A stretch of 64,000 nt of DNA from the IMG/VR virus record IMGVR_UViG_2791355504_000004, positions 1,527 to 65,526 of that record, one strand, 5' to 3'. Position numbers and translations under genes: made by a program. Source of the DNA: a virus. Its lineage: Duplodnaviria; Caudoviricetes. This document shows, in pieces, positions 9,901 to 20,148 of the stretch. Position 1 is the stretch's first letter. Each line of letters starts with the position of its first letter. The notes beneath the pieces were generated by a model. That model saw only the letters and a list, made by a program, of their open reading frames with translations, made no database searches and was not told where the DNA came from.

Positions 9901-10109
9901 ACCTACGTCACCCTAAAATCCGTTCTCGTTTTAAGCCTGGTCAGATCGTCCGTTTGGATGGCTGGGCTTATAGCGTGGCTGCAACTATGCATATCGATAA
10001 CTGTGAAATTGTGCATGTATGTGCCAAGTTCCGTTGGTCATTTGGTCCTGATATTTCGGCACGTACCGTCACTGCAAAACAATTGGTTTTGATGCGAGGT
10101 GTTGCATGA
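9897..10109 (+). CDS. Phage hypothetical protein
   Basis: ATGA-coupled, GAGGTG RBS. Confidence 0.7.
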   Translation: MNLRHPKIRSRFKPGQIVRLDGWAYSVAATMHIDNCEIVHVCAKFRWSFGPDISARTVTAKQLVLMRGVA

Positions 10110-10615
10110 TCAATAACACCTCAATTCTTGCTCTAACTGACATTATCCAATTGCCTGAAGCAGAACGCTTACAGGCGATTAAAAACAGCTTTGGTGATAA
10201 GTCTCATGATGAACTGTTGGGCTTGCTTGGTAATGTTCTGAATATAGCTGTGAATTACGCTCAATCATGTGATGAGACTCTTTATCTGCACATGGTAACG
10301 AATGGCGGTATGCATCCTTATTCGATTGAAAAGCTAATCTCACCTAGTTTCCATGGTGCTTTGAATGGGCTGATCCTGTCACAAAAGGCACCTAATCAAG
10401 AGGTGCTATGCGAATCATGTGCTTATCGCTGCGGAACTTTAGCAAATCATTGTCTTACAACTCAATCTGATTTGGCTCATGCTTTGGAATCGGATGCGGT
10501 GTTTTATTGCCATAAAGATATTGAGAATCTGGATTGCCCGACCAGTGAAGACAAGAAACGTATGAAGCCATGCAAAGGGTGGGCGCAGCATGTGAAGAAC
10601 AAGGGGGATTTATGA
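10106..10615 (+). CDS. Phage hypothetical protein, Cys/His-containing
   Basis: CESCAYR, FYCHK, CKGW potential Zn ligands. Confidence 0.75.
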   Translation: MINNTSILALTDIIQLPEAERLQAIKNSFGDKSHDELLGLLGNVLNIAVNYAQSCDETLYLHMVTNGGMHPYSIEKLISPSFHGALNGLILSQKAPNQEVLCESCAYRCGTLANHCLTTQSDLAHALESDAVFYCHKDIENLDCPTSEDKKRMKPCKGWAQHVKNKGDL

Positions 10616-10688
10616 AAGAACTCCACAAAACTTTGCTGTTCATTTTCATGTTGTTTGGGGCTGCTTTAATTCGATTTGGGGGTGTGGC

Positions 10689-12236
10689 GTGAATTTCAAC
10701 TTACTCCCTCACGAATTAATTATAGATAACTTTGCTGGTGGTGGCGGAACCAGCACTGGTTTAGAACAGGCCTTCAAACGCCCTGTTGATGTTGCTATCA
10801 ATCATGATCCAAAAGCACTTGCAATGCATCGAGTAAACCATCCTGACACCAAGCATTATTGCGAAAGTGTTTGGGATGTAGACCCAATTGAAGTTACTGG
10901 TAATCAACCTGTTGGGCTTGTTTGGCTATCACCTGATTGCAAACATTTTTCTAAAGCTAAAGGTGGCAAACCAGTTGAAAAGAAAATTCGTGGTTTAGCT
11001 TGGGTTGCACTTCGTTGGGCTGCCAAAGTTCGCCCTCGAGTAATCATGCTTGAGAATGTTGAAGAGTTTAAAACTTGGGGGCATCTCAACTCAAAAGGTA
11101 TGCCATGCCCTGTGCGAAAAGGAAGGACTTTTAATAGTTTTGTGAATGCCTTGAAGAAGCAAGGTTATGAAGTCGATTATCGTGAGTTGCGTGCATGTGA
11201 TTATGGCTCACCCACTATTCGCAAGCGTTTCTTCCTGATTGCTCGTCGAGATGGTTTGCCAATCCAGTGGCCTGCACCTACACATGGTAGCCCTGATTCT
11301 ATCCTGGTGCAAAAAGGCAAGTTAAAACCATGGCGCACCGCTGCGGAATGTATTGACTGGTCAATTGAATGCCCAAGTATTTTCACACGCACACGTCCGC
11401 TTGCAACTGCAACACTTGAACGTATTGCAGGTGGACTTAAGAAGTTTGTTTTTGATAATCCAGATCCGTTCATTATTAATGGCATGGCACCAGTTTTAAC
11501 TGAGTGCGCAAATGCATCGAACAAACGGTCAATGCCAATTAATGAGCCGCTGCGGACTATCTGTGCGCAGACTAAAGGTGGACATCATGCATTGATTGCT
11601 CCAAGCCTAGTGGTAAATACATCAGGTCATCACGGGAATAATGTGATGAACCCTTTACACACAATTGCAACTGGTGGGCATCACGGCTTGGTGGCGGCTT
11701 TTTTGGCAAAGAACTACACAGGTGTTTTAGGTAGTTCAGCAAAAGAGCCTGTACATACGATTACAGCAAAGGACCACAACTCACTTGTCGTTAGTCATCT
11801 ATCAAAGATGAAGAATAACTGCATTGGGCAGGAACTCAGTGAGCCGATCCACACCATGACCACTGTAAACCAGTTTGCTGAAGTTCGGGCATTCCTCACT
11901 GCATTTTACGGAAATGAAAAAGATGGGAACTCTATTGGGGAGCCGCTGCGCACAATTCCAACACGTGACCGTTTTGGACTGGTCACTGTAGGTCAACAGC
12001 AATACCAAATTGTGGACATTGGCTTTCGTATGCTTCAACCGGTTGAGCTTTTTAAAGCACAAGGTTTTCCAGACTCCTATGTGTTTGAAAAAGGCCTAGA
12101 TGAGCATGGCAATGAAATCCGCCTAACCAAAACGGAACAGACACGCATGGTTGGCAATTCAGTTTGCCCTCAACTTTCACGCGCTTTGGTTGAAGCTAAT
12201 TTCAAACACGAAAGTAAGTATAGAGGGGCAGCATGA
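10689..12236 (+). CDS. Orphan C5 DNA cytosine methyltransferase
   Basis: FAGGGG, SPDC, ENV, RKR, GNSV motifs; internal EPL.TI repeats. Confidence 0.93.
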   Translation: MNFNLLPHELIIDNFAGGGGTSTGLEQAFKRPVDVAINHDPKALAMHRVNHPDTKHYCESVWDVDPIEVTGNQPVGLVWLSPDCKHFSKAKGGKPVEKKIRGLAWVALRWAAKVRPRVIMLENVEEFKTWGHLNSKGMPCPVRKGRTFNSFVNALKKQGYEVDYRELRACDYGSPTIRKRFFLIARRDGLPIQWPAPTHGSPDSILVQKGKLKPWRTAAECIDWSIECPSIFTRTRPLATATLERIAGGLKKFVFDNPDPFIINGMAPVLTECANASNKRSMPINEPLRTICAQTKGGHHALIAPSLVVNTSGHHGNNVMNPLHTIATGGHHGLVAAFLAKNYTGVLGSSAKEPVHTITAKDHNSLVVSHLSKMKNNCIGQELSEPIHTMTTVNQFAEVRAFLTAFYGNEKDGNSIGEPLRTIPTRDRFGLVTVGQQQYQIVDIGFRMLQPVELFKAQGFPDSYVFEKGLDEHGNEIRLTKTEQTRMVGNSVCPQLSRALVEANFKHESKYRGAA

Positions 12237-13138
12237 GCAACCAAGAAGTTGAAATTTGGATGCCTATCTATATAGGCGATATTCTTGCAAAAACTACACG
12301 AATGACCACCGAGCAAATCGGTGCGTCGTTTTTATTGATGATGGACTACTGGCGCAATGGTGCAATTCCTGATGATAACAATGTTATTGCCAGTGTTATC
12401 CGTATGTCAGTGACAAAGGCAAAAGCACTCAAACTGATCTTGGTTAATTCCAATTTATTTGAAGTAAATGATGGTCAAATGTCATCTAAGTATTTGGATG
12501 GATTAAAGAATCAAGCTGAGATTAATAAGTCTTCTAAATCTGAACGTGCAAAGAAAGCTGCTGAAGCACGCTGGAATAAAGAAAATGGTGATGCAACCAC
12601 TGGGCATAAAAATAGCAATGCTCAAGCATCCAATGAGCATGACCCAAGCAATGCTAATGCATATGCTCAAGCAATGCATGAGGATGCTCCAAGCAATGCT
12701 TATGCAATGCTTGAGGAATGCCCGTCATCGTCACCTTCATCTATTAATAATATATCTCTTACGCACGAGCAAAATTCAGCCGCTTCAAAACCAGAAATCG
12801 AAGACCGCTTTTCGTTTGATTTGGAAACAGCTAACACACGAATCAAGCTACGTGGCCTCAAGGAAATTACTCAGGATGAGTTGAATAAGCTTCTGGATGA
12901 CTTAAGGGCTGAGTATGGCCATAAAACCCAAATGGTGAAAAACCAGATTCTTGGGAAACTTGTTCAATGGGTTGAGCGCAGACAACAAACACCTTTGGCA
13001 TCACATGATAATCCGCAAGGTAGACCTAGGAATAAATCGCAATCTCAAAACCTGAACGTCAACGACGATTGGAACAACCAACCCAAAAACGATCAACCGT
13101 TTCACGGCACCGTCCAACTACCTGAGGGCATGATATGA
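12233..13138 (+). CDS. Replication initiator (DUF1376/YdaU-like)
   Basis: WMPIYIGD...TTRMT..QIGA..LLM N-terminus; internal iteron region; upstream of DnaC-like gene. Confidence 0.85.
   Translation: MSNQEVEIWMPIYIGDILAKTTRMTTEQIGASFLLMMDYWRNGAIPDDNNVIASVIRMSVTKAKALKLILVNSNLFEVNDGQMSSKYLDGLKNQAEINKSSKSERAKKAAEARWNKENGDATTGHKNSNAQASNEHDPSNANAYAQAMHEDAPSNAYAMLEECPSSSPSSINNISLTHEQNSAASKPEIEDRFSFDLETANTRIKLRGLKEITQDELNKLLDDLRAEYGHKTQMVKNQILGKLVQWVERRQQTPLASHDNPQGRPRNKSQSQNLNVNDDWNNQPKNDQPFHGTVQLPEGMI
12615..12721. repeat. Iteron cluster, probable replication origin
   Basis: Repeated (CAA)GCAATGC(T) units inside the initiator gene, as in lambda O. Confidence 0.75.
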
Positions 13139-13878
13139 ACGCACATTTTCAATTCAGTAATCATGCAGTCTCACAGGTTGTTTGTGAGCTGCACCAAGTT
13201 CAAAAACTTGTGGCAGGTGGGAATTTGATTTGCCCGATATGTGCAAGTGAATACGTGAATGCTGACCGATCTAAACACCAATCGGAAACAAATCGAGCAG
13301 TGTTTGAAAAACACATTGCAGGCGCAATGCTTCCAGATCGTCATGCACATTCGTCATTCTCGAATTACAAGACCACGACTCAAGGGCAAGCGAATGCATT
13401 GAGCCAATGCGCAAACTTTGCAAAACGCATTGCTGAAAAACAAAACTCAAATTTCATCATGGTTGGATCAACTGGGGTTGGTAAAACACACCTTGCTTGT
13501 GCAACGGCTAAGAACCTTCTGAAAATTGGGCTTAAAGCACGTTACATCACCAGTGAAGAAATTGCTCAACGGATCATGAACGCATGGGACAAGGATACCA
13601 AAGACCAGTCCGAGGAAGCCGTGATTTATGAGTTTGCTCAATACGATTTGTTGATCGTTGATGAGTATGGATTACATGACCGTGAAAAGCGCACTGAGCT
13701 TGTTCACAAAGTTTTAACCAAGCGATATGACTTCAAAAAACCAACCATGCTGGTTTCCAACTTCACCTTGAAAAAATTACGTGATGACCTTGGGGACCGA
13801 TTATGGTCGCGCTTCCAGCACGATGGCTTAAGCGTAGTTGAGTGTAATTGGGCTGATGCTAGGGTGAGTGGGCAATGA
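13135..13878 (+). CDS. DnaC/IstB-like helicase loader ATPase
   Basis: GSTGVGKT, LLIVDE, SN, DRLWSR motifs. Confidence 0.9.
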   Translation: MNAHFQFSNHAVSQVVCELHQVQKLVAGGNLICPICASEYVNADRSKHQSETNRAVFEKHIAGAMLPDRHAHSSFSNYKTTTQGQANALSQCANFAKRIAEKQNSNFIMVGSTGVGKTHLACATAKNLLKIGLKARYITSEEIAQRIMNAWDKDTKDQSEEAVIYEFAQYDLLIVDEYGLHDREKRTELVHKVLTKRYDFKKPTMLVSNFTLKKLRDDLGDRLWSRFQHDGLSVVECNWADARVSGQ

Positions 13879-14060
13879 AACGAAAAATGAAGCAGCGCGT
13901 AATACAGCAGCGTAGGCAGCAACGAAATATTCAAGCAATGCTCAGTAATTCACATTGCCAACATGGGTTCGACATTGCATGCCTGATTTGTGGATTTGGA
14001 CAGAAAGATGGCAAACGAGTTTGGCACGATTGGACCAAGAAAAAAGAGGAGGTTGCATGA
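13875..14060 (+). CDS. Small hypothetical protein
   Basis: ATGA-coupled; CQH...CLIC motif. Confidence 0.6.
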   Translation: MKRKMKQRVIQQRRQQRNIQAMLSNSHCQHGFDIACLICGFGQKDGKRVWHDWTKKKEEVA

Positions 14061-14452
14061 CAAATTATTTATCTCCTACACAGATTAAAAGACTTGTACA
14101 TCAACGTGAAAACAAGCCTAAAACACCAAAGTATGAAAATCATAAAGTTGTAATTGATGGGGAAAAAGTTGCTGATTCAAAGCATGAATATAACCGATTA
14201 ACTGAGCTGCAAATTTTGGCACGTTCAGGTGAGATTAAAGATTTACAAACACAGGTTCGCTACAAGCTGATTCCAGCACAGAAAATTTGTGGTGTGAAAG
14301 TTCGTGGTACCGATTATGTAGCGGACTTTGTGTATTGGACCAAAGATGATCAATTCGTTTGTGAAGATGCCAAGGGGCATAAAACTGCGGATTACATCAT
14401 TAAACGCAAGTTGATGAAGTTGATTCACGGTATTGACGTAGTTGAAGTTTAA
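14057..14452 (+). CDS. DUF1064-family PD-(D/E)XK nuclease
   Basis: DSKHE, YVADFVY, EDAKG motifs. Confidence 0.88.
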   Translation: MTNYLSPTQIKRLVHQRENKPKTPKYENHKVVIDGEKVADSKHEYNRLTELQILARSGEIKDLQTQVRYKLIPAQKICGVKVRGTDYVADFVYWTKDDQFVCEDAKGHKTADYIIKRKLMKLIHGIDVVEV

Positions 14453-14469
14453 GAGCGATTTAGGGGAGT

Positions 14470-14934
14470 ATGACAATGAAGTCTAACGCTGAAACAATCC
14501 TTGAAGCCATTGAGGATTTACACAATCAAGAGCAGATCGTTACACGAGAAACCCTGTCACAACTGACGGGTTTAAAGCTTTCAATTGTAGATGATCGTTT
14601 GAGTTATCTTGTCGATAGCGGTCAGATTATTCGTGTTCAGCGTGGTGTATTCATTCCAGCCCCGAAACATCGCCCTGCAAGATTGATGTCTAAAATGGTA
14701 TTGCCAGATGGTACCGTTAAAATTGAAATAGGGGATGATGAAATACTGACACTAACTCCCCGAGAAGCACGTCATTTGGGTAATTTAATGGTTGCTGAAG
14801 CAATGCAGTACGCCAATATTGAAATGGGCCATCACATGGCAATACTTCAGAGTGAGGTGTCAGGGCAAGTTCGTAAATTATCGAAACAAGTAAGTGATTT
14901 ATTGGATGTAGGGAAGCAGGGTGAGTTGTTATAA
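14470..14934 (+). CDS. Winged-helix protein, candidate late-gene activator
   Basis: VTRETLSQLTGL..SIVDDRL..LVDSGQIIRVQRGVF wHTH; last gene of the early operon. Confidence 0.65.
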   Translation: MTMKSNAETILEAIEDLHNQEQIVTRETLSQLTGLKLSIVDDRLSYLVDSGQIIRVQRGVFIPAPKHRPARLMSKMVLPDGTVKIEIGDDEILTLTPREARHLGNLMVAEAMQYANIEMGHHMAILQSEVSGQVRKLSKQVSDLLDVGKQGELL

Positions 14935-15005
14935 CTCTAACTATCTTTGATACATATTTACGTGTTAAATTAAAACTTTTATCCGAAATTTATAGAGAGC
15001 TTGTT

Positions 15006-15221
15006 ATGGCAATTATGACGATATTGCGCTTACCAACTGAGGTTGAACTTAATTCACATCTTTTGGAATCAGATACTTTTTTTAAAGCGTTTAACAAAAA
15101 TATATGCTCAGATAATAATTTTTCAGCGCATGTCATAGACAATGGGGACGGAACATACGATTTAGATGGATGGACTATTACTGATGAAGATGAGGATGAT
15201 TGGTTTAAGATTATCAAATAA
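15006..15221 (+). CDS. Small acidic moron protein
   Basis: 71 aa, D/E-rich C-terminus, followed by its own terminator. Confidence 0.65.
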   Translation: MAIMTILRLPTEVELNSHLLESDTFFKAFNKNICSDNNFSAHVIDNGDGTYDLDGWTITDEDEDDWFKIIK

Positions 15222-15248
15222 ATGAAAATCCATTAATACAGTTTCATC

Positions 15249-15273
15249 AAAAGCACTTATTGTGCTTTTTTTT
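15249..15273 (+). terminator. Rho-independent terminator
   Basis: AAAAGCAC-ttatt-GTGCTTTT plus T run. Confidence 0.75.
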
Positions 15274-15280
15274 ATGTCCC

Positions 15281-15294
15281 CCCTCTAAGGTTAG
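15281..15294 (+). promoter_or_regulatory. Late-promoter motif copy 1
   Basis: CCCTCTAAGGTTAG upstream of terS. Confidence 0.75.
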
Positions 15295-15345
15295 ACCTCC
15301 CCACATATATACATGATCATTAAACCAATATGAGGTTTGGTGATC

Positions 15346-16011
15346 ATGGCTGAAAAAAAAGTAATTGATTGGGAAAAAATCGAACTCGATTATCGAGCAG
15401 GCATTAAGTCTCTACGTCAAATTGCAGGTGAGCATGATATTGCAGAATCAGGCATTAGACGTAGAGCAAAGCAATACGAATGGGTTCGTGATCTATCAGA
15501 AAAAATCAAAGCTAAAGCAGATGACATTGTGCGCAAGGAGAGTGTGCGCAGTGTTGTGCGCACGAAAACGACCATTTCAGAAAAAGAGACTATTGATGCT
15601 AATGCCAATGAAGTAGCGTCAGTTCGATTAGCGCATCGTAAGGATATTCAACGTTCACGAAAGATTGCCATGAGTCTTTTTGATGAGCTTGAAATGATGG
15701 TCGGTCAAGAGAATGTCAGATTGCTTGAAATGTTGGGTGAGCTTATGTGGACACCTGATGATAAAGGCAATGACAAAGTAAATGACCTTTACATGAAGAT
15801 CATATCAATGCCTGGTCGCGTAAAGTCCATGAAGGATTTAAGCGACACACTCAAAACATTGATTGCTTTAGAACGTCAAGCATTTGGTCTTGATGATGAG
15901 AACAATAAACCTGTTGATGCACTGACCGCATTACTTGAACGAGTGAGCACAGGGAATAGCTCTGCGTTTAAACCAATTGCCGATGATCCTGAATATGGAG
16001 CATCTACATGA
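15346..16011 (+). CDS. terS: Terminase small subunit
   Basis: DWEKIELDYRAGIKSLRQIA...IRRRAK..W N-terminal HTH; upstream of terL. Confidence 0.88.
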   Translation: MAEKKVIDWEKIELDYRAGIKSLRQIAGEHDIAESGIRRRAKQYEWVRDLSEKIKAKADDIVRKESVRSVVRTKTTISEKETIDANANEVASVRLAHRKDIQRSRKIAMSLFDELEMMVGQENVRLLEMLGELMWTPDDKGNDKVNDLYMKIISMPGRVKSMKDLSDTLKTLIALERQAFGLDDENNKPVDALTALLERVSTGNSSAFKPIADDPEYGAST

Positions 16012-16099
16012 ATATAACGATCAACCGCCCATACCAATTTAATTTCATTCACGTACACGCTTTGGAAATGCACCAACGTTGTGCAAAATGGAGTGAAAA

Positions 16100-17767
16100 T
16101 TGATTTATAACACTAACTTACAGCCACTACCGACAAATGCCGAGGAGCTTGAACGCTGCTTGGCAGATCCTATTTGGCGTATTTTTAGTGGCTGTCTATA
16201 TAAGATTAAAATTAAGGGTGATGACTTTGTTAATGAGTTCGGGCAAGTAGAAGAAGCTCCAACTTTTGAATTGCCTTTTAAACCGAATGATGCACAAAAG
16301 AAATTCTTAAATCGATTGTGGTACCGCAATATTATTTTGAAAGCACGTCAGTTAGGCTTCACCACATTGATATGTATTCTTTGGTTAGACCATGCGTTGT
16401 TTAATGCTAATCAGCATTGTGGCGTTATTGCCCAGAACTTAGAAACTGTTGGTGATATTTTTAGCGATAAGATTAAATTTGCCTATGACAACTTACCACC
16501 TGAAATATTAGAACGCTTTCCACTCAAAACGAATAATGGTACCGAGATGGAGTTTGCGCATAACGGTTCTAAAATTTCAGTGGCTACATCTTTCCGTGGC
16601 GGCACAATGCACCGCTTACTTATTTCGGAATACGGTAAGATTTGCGCCCAATCACCTGGTAAAGCCAAAGAGGTTCGTACAGGTTCATTACCAGCAGTTC
16701 CAACAACAGGGATTTGTGTCATTGAATCTACTGCTGAAGGTCGTGGTGGTGACTTCTTTGATAAGGTTCAGATCGCACAGAAGAACTTTGCATCACGTAA
16801 AAAGCTCACTCCAAAAGACTTTAGACTACATTTTTATGGTTGGTGGGAAGAACCGAAGTACCGCATTGATTCAACTGAAGTCATCATTACTCAAAAAGAC
16901 CATAATATTTTTGATCATATTGAAATTGTCGTATCCCGAAACTTGGGTAAGAAGATCAAGATCGATCCAGATCAACGCGCTTGGTATGTATCGACCCGTG
17001 ATAATGATCTATCTGGTGATCAAGCTTTAATGTGGCAAGAATATCCTTCATTCCCTGATGAAGCATTTCAGGTCAGTACAGAAGGAAACTACTACGCTAA
17101 AGATATGCTCGAGTTGCGTAAACGTAGTGGTATTACTCAAATTGAAGTTTTAGATGTACCTACGTGTACGTTTTGGGATATTGGCAACCATGATGGTTGT
17201 GCAATTTGGTTTCATCAAATGATGAATCAACAAGATCGCTTTATTGATTATGAAGAAGATCATTTTCAAGATTTACGTCATTACGTAAAACTTATTAAAG
17301 ATAAGCCTTATATCTACCATACCCATTATTTACCGCATGATGCAGCACATCAACGGCTTGGTGATTACAACAAGTCAGTATTAGAAATGCTGGAAGAATT
17401 ATTACCTGGTCATAATTTTGTGGTGATTCCACGTATCACATTGCTTACGACAGGTATTCAACAGACCCGACGACACTTGAAGAATGCTTGGTTTGATGAA
17501 GAACGTTGCAAATTGGGTATCGAACGTATTGAAGGTTATAAGAAAAAGTTTAACCAACAGGCCAACATGTTTATTGATCAGCCTGATAAATCTAACGGAT
17601 GTTCTGAAGGTGCCGATGCACTTAGACAATGGGCACAAGCCAAAGATGCTGGCTTGCTTGGTGATTATGTCTATACAGCTAGTCTTACTGGCATGAATCA
17701 AGATACAACACATCAAAATCCACATGGTTATGTCGAAGCACCTGCACCAGATTGGCGAGCAATATAA
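16100..17767 (+). CDS. terL: Terminase large subunit
   Basis: ILKARQLGFTT Walker A, ISE Walker B, ESTA motif, WDIG and ADA nuclease motifs. Confidence 0.95.
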   Translation: MIYNTNLQPLPTNAEELERCLADPIWRIFSGCLYKIKIKGDDFVNEFGQVEEAPTFELPFKPNDAQKKFLNRLWYRNIILKARQLGFTTLICILWLDHALFNANQHCGVIAQNLETVGDIFSDKIKFAYDNLPPEILERFPLKTNNGTEMEFAHNGSKISVATSFRGGTMHRLLISEYGKICAQSPGKAKEVRTGSLPAVPTTGICVIESTAEGRGGDFFDKVQIAQKNFASRKKLTPKDFRLHFYGWWEEPKYRIDSTEVIITQKDHNIFDHIEIVVSRNLGKKIKIDPDQRAWYVSTRDNDLSGDQALMWQEYPSFPDEAFQVSTEGNYYAKDMLELRKRSGITQIEVLDVPTCTFWDIGNHDGCAIWFHQMMNQQDRFIDYEEDHFQDLRHYVKLIKDKPYIYHTHYLPHDAAHQRLGDYNKSVLEMLEELLPGHNFVVIPRITLLTTGIQQTRRHLKNAWFDEERCKLGIERIEGYKKKFNQQANMFIDQPDKSNGCSEGADALRQWAQAKDAGLLGDYVYTASLTGMNQDTTHQNPHGYVEAPAPDWRAI

Positions 17768-17776
17768 GGAAAAGCT

Positions 17777-20065
17777 ATGTTTACTCAAGAAGATACACCT
17801 GTAAATGAGCAGATTAGCGATGATGAAACGCTCAGTCTGGAAGAATTGACCGAGATCATGAATGAAATTGAGGAACAACCTCACTGGCGACATACTGCTG
17901 ATAAAGAGATGGACTATGCCGACGGTAACCAATTAGATACTGAGTTGCTGAATCGCATGAAGACTATAGGCATTCCGCCTGCAGTCGAAGACAGAATTAG
18001 TCCAGCATTGCTGTCTATTCAAGGTTATGAGTTGCAGACTCGTACAGATTGGCGCGTTAAGGCCAATGGTGAAACTGGTGGTGATGATGTTGCCGATGCA
18101 CTCAATTATAAATTGAATCAGGCAGAGCGATTATCTAAAGCAGACAAAGCATGCAGTGATGCGTTTAAACCACAGATTGGTTGTGGCTTAGGCTGGGTTG
18201 AAGTGAAGCGAGAGCAAGATCCATTTAAATATCCTTACCGATGTGTTGTAGTTCACCGTAATGAAATTCATTGGGATATGAAGTCTACAGAGCCTGATCT
18301 ATCCGATGCCCGCTGGTTACGTCGAACTCGTTGGATTCACCCTAAACGTTTAATGAATGCGTTTCCTCAGCATAAAGAGCTGATTGAAACCGTTGGGCGA
18401 TATGGTGGTTCATGGTGGCAACAATCTGAAGTATTAGATGGTGGATCAAGCACAGGCTTACAAAATGCATGGCTTGATGCGCGGTCATATACGATCAGTG
18501 AACAGTACTGGTATAACCCAACCTCTAAAGAGGTGAATGTCATTGAGGTTTGGTACCGTCGTTGGGTGCGTGTGCCAGTGATGAAGTTTGCCGATGGTCG
18601 CGTGGTTGAATATGACTCTAAAAATATGGCTCATGACTTGGCAATTTATCAAGGTGTTGCGCGTGTAGAAATGGCAACAATCTCTAAGCTACGACGTTCA
18701 TATTGGCTTGGTCCACATCTTTTACATGATAGTCCTTCACCATATTCACACCATTATTTCCCTTATGTACCGTTTTTTGGGTTCCGTGAAGATAATACTG
18801 GCATCCCTTATGGCTTTGTTCGTGGGATGAAGTACAGTCAGGATAGTATCAATTCAGGTATATCTAAACTGCGTTGGGGCATGAGCGTTACTCGTGTTGA
18901 ACGTACCAAAGGTGCAGTGGCCATGACCGATGAACAATTACGTCGGCAAGTTGCTCGGCCTGATGCGGATATCGTATTAGATGCAGCACACATGGCTAGA
19001 CCTGGTTCTAGATTTGAAGTTAAGCGTGATTATCAATTGTCACAGCAACACTTTCAGTTGATTAGCGATAATCGAGCTGCAATTGAGCAAGTCAGTAATA
19101 TTACTTCGGGGTTCCAAGGTAAAAAGGGTAATGCGACTTCTGGGAAGCAAGAGCAGTTACAGATCGAGCAATCTAATCAAACCTTAATGAAGATGATGGA
19201 TAACTTCCGTGAAGCACGTACGCTCATTGGTGAAATGTTACTGTCAATGATTGTTGAGGATATGGGAACAGGGCAGCAGACCATCATTATTGAAGGTGAT
19301 GCTGTCCGTGAGGATCGAACAGTTATTATCAACAAGCCTGAGGTTGATGAACATGGTTATCCTTATGTGAGTAATGATGTTCAACGTACACGATTGAAAG
19401 TAGTCCTTGATGATGTACCAAGTACCAGCACATTCCGAGAGCAACAGCTTAATGCCTTGTCTGAGATTGTGAAGTCTCTACCTCAAGAGGTTCAAGTGGC
19501 AGTATTGCCTTATGTCATGGCATTGACCGATATTCCGTTTAAGAAGGACATTATTGAATCTATTCGTCAAGCTACACAGGCACCAACACCTGAACAAGTT
19601 GAGCAACAAATTAAGGAAGCTGTTGATAAAGCACTTGCCGAAGCTGGTATTGATTTGAAACGTCGTGAGCTCGAACTCAAGGAACGTAAAGCAGTAAGCG
19701 AAATTAGAGAAATAGACGCACGTTCAGTACAAATTGGTGTACAAGCTGCATATTCAGCAATGCAAGGTGGTTCACAGGTAGCAATGATGCCACAGATTGC
19801 AACTATTGCAGACGAGATTATGAAAGGTGCAGGTTATCAGCGACCTAATCCGGGTGGTGATGATCCAAACTTCCCAACCGCAGAACAGACAGCAGTGCGT
19901 GATGTACGTTCACCATATTTAGAAGGTGAAGGGGCGCAGTTAGGAAGTGAAGGACTGGTAGAGGTGCAACAGAATACCAGTCCAATGAATCCAGCAGTAC
20001 CGAAGCTGGGAGGTACAGGAATGCAGGGGATTGAGACGGAGAGGACTTCTGATAATTTGCAGTGA
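17777..20065 (+). CDS. Portal protein (P22-like)
   Basis: 762 aa after terL; YADGNQ, FPYVPFFG, QDSIN, NATSG motifs. Confidence 0.9.
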   Translation: MFTQEDTPVNEQISDDETLSLEELTEIMNEIEEQPHWRHTADKEMDYADGNQLDTELLNRMKTIGIPPAVEDRISPALLSIQGYELQTRTDWRVKANGETGGDDVADALNYKLNQAERLSKADKACSDAFKPQIGCGLGWVEVKREQDPFKYPYRCVVVHRNEIHWDMKSTEPDLSDARWLRRTRWIHPKRLMNAFPQHKELIETVGRYGGSWWQQSEVLDGGSSTGLQNAWLDARSYTISEQYWYNPTSKEVNVIEVWYRRWVRVPVMKFADGRVVEYDSKNMAHDLAIYQGVARVEMATISKLRRSYWLGPHLLHDSPSPYSHHYFPYVPFFGFREDNTGIPYGFVRGMKYSQDSINSGISKLRWGMSVTRVERTKGAVAMTDEQLRRQVARPDADIVLDAAHMARPGSRFEVKRDYQLSQQHFQLISDNRAAIEQVSNITSGFQGKKGNATSGKQEQLQIEQSNQTLMKMMDNFREARTLIGEMLLSMIVEDMGTGQQTIIIEGDAVREDRTVIINKPEVDEHGYPYVSNDVQRTRLKVVLDDVPSTSTFREQQLNALSEIVKSLPQEVQVAVLPYVMALTDIPFKKDIIESIRQATQAPTPEQVEQQIKEAVDKALAEAGIDLKRRELELKERKAVSEIREIDARSVQIGVQAAYSAMQGGSQVAMMPQIATIADEIMKGAGYQRPNPGGDDPNFPTAEQTAVRDVRSPYLEGEGAQLGSEGLVEVQQNTSPMNPAVPKLGGTGMQGIETERTSDNLQ

Positions 20066-20107
20066 AGTAATAAATTCCAAAACCAATCCTACTTATTTTA
20101 ATACACT

Positions 20108-20134
20108 AAAAAAACCCACTTTAAAGTGAGTTTT
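20108..20134. terminator. Bidirectional terminator between portal and TIR genes
   Basis: AAAAAACCCACTTTAAAGTGAGTTTT hairpin with A/T flanks. Confidence 0.6.
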
Positions 20135-20148
20135 CTCGTGGTAATATC

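Noticed and set aside
10689-12236. Restriction-modification system
   Set aside because: No cognate restriction enzyme; ordinary orphan phage methyltransferase
17402-17932. 176-aa antisense ORF over terL/portal and similar antisense ORFs elsewhere
   Set aside because: Shadows of well-supported genes on the opposite strand
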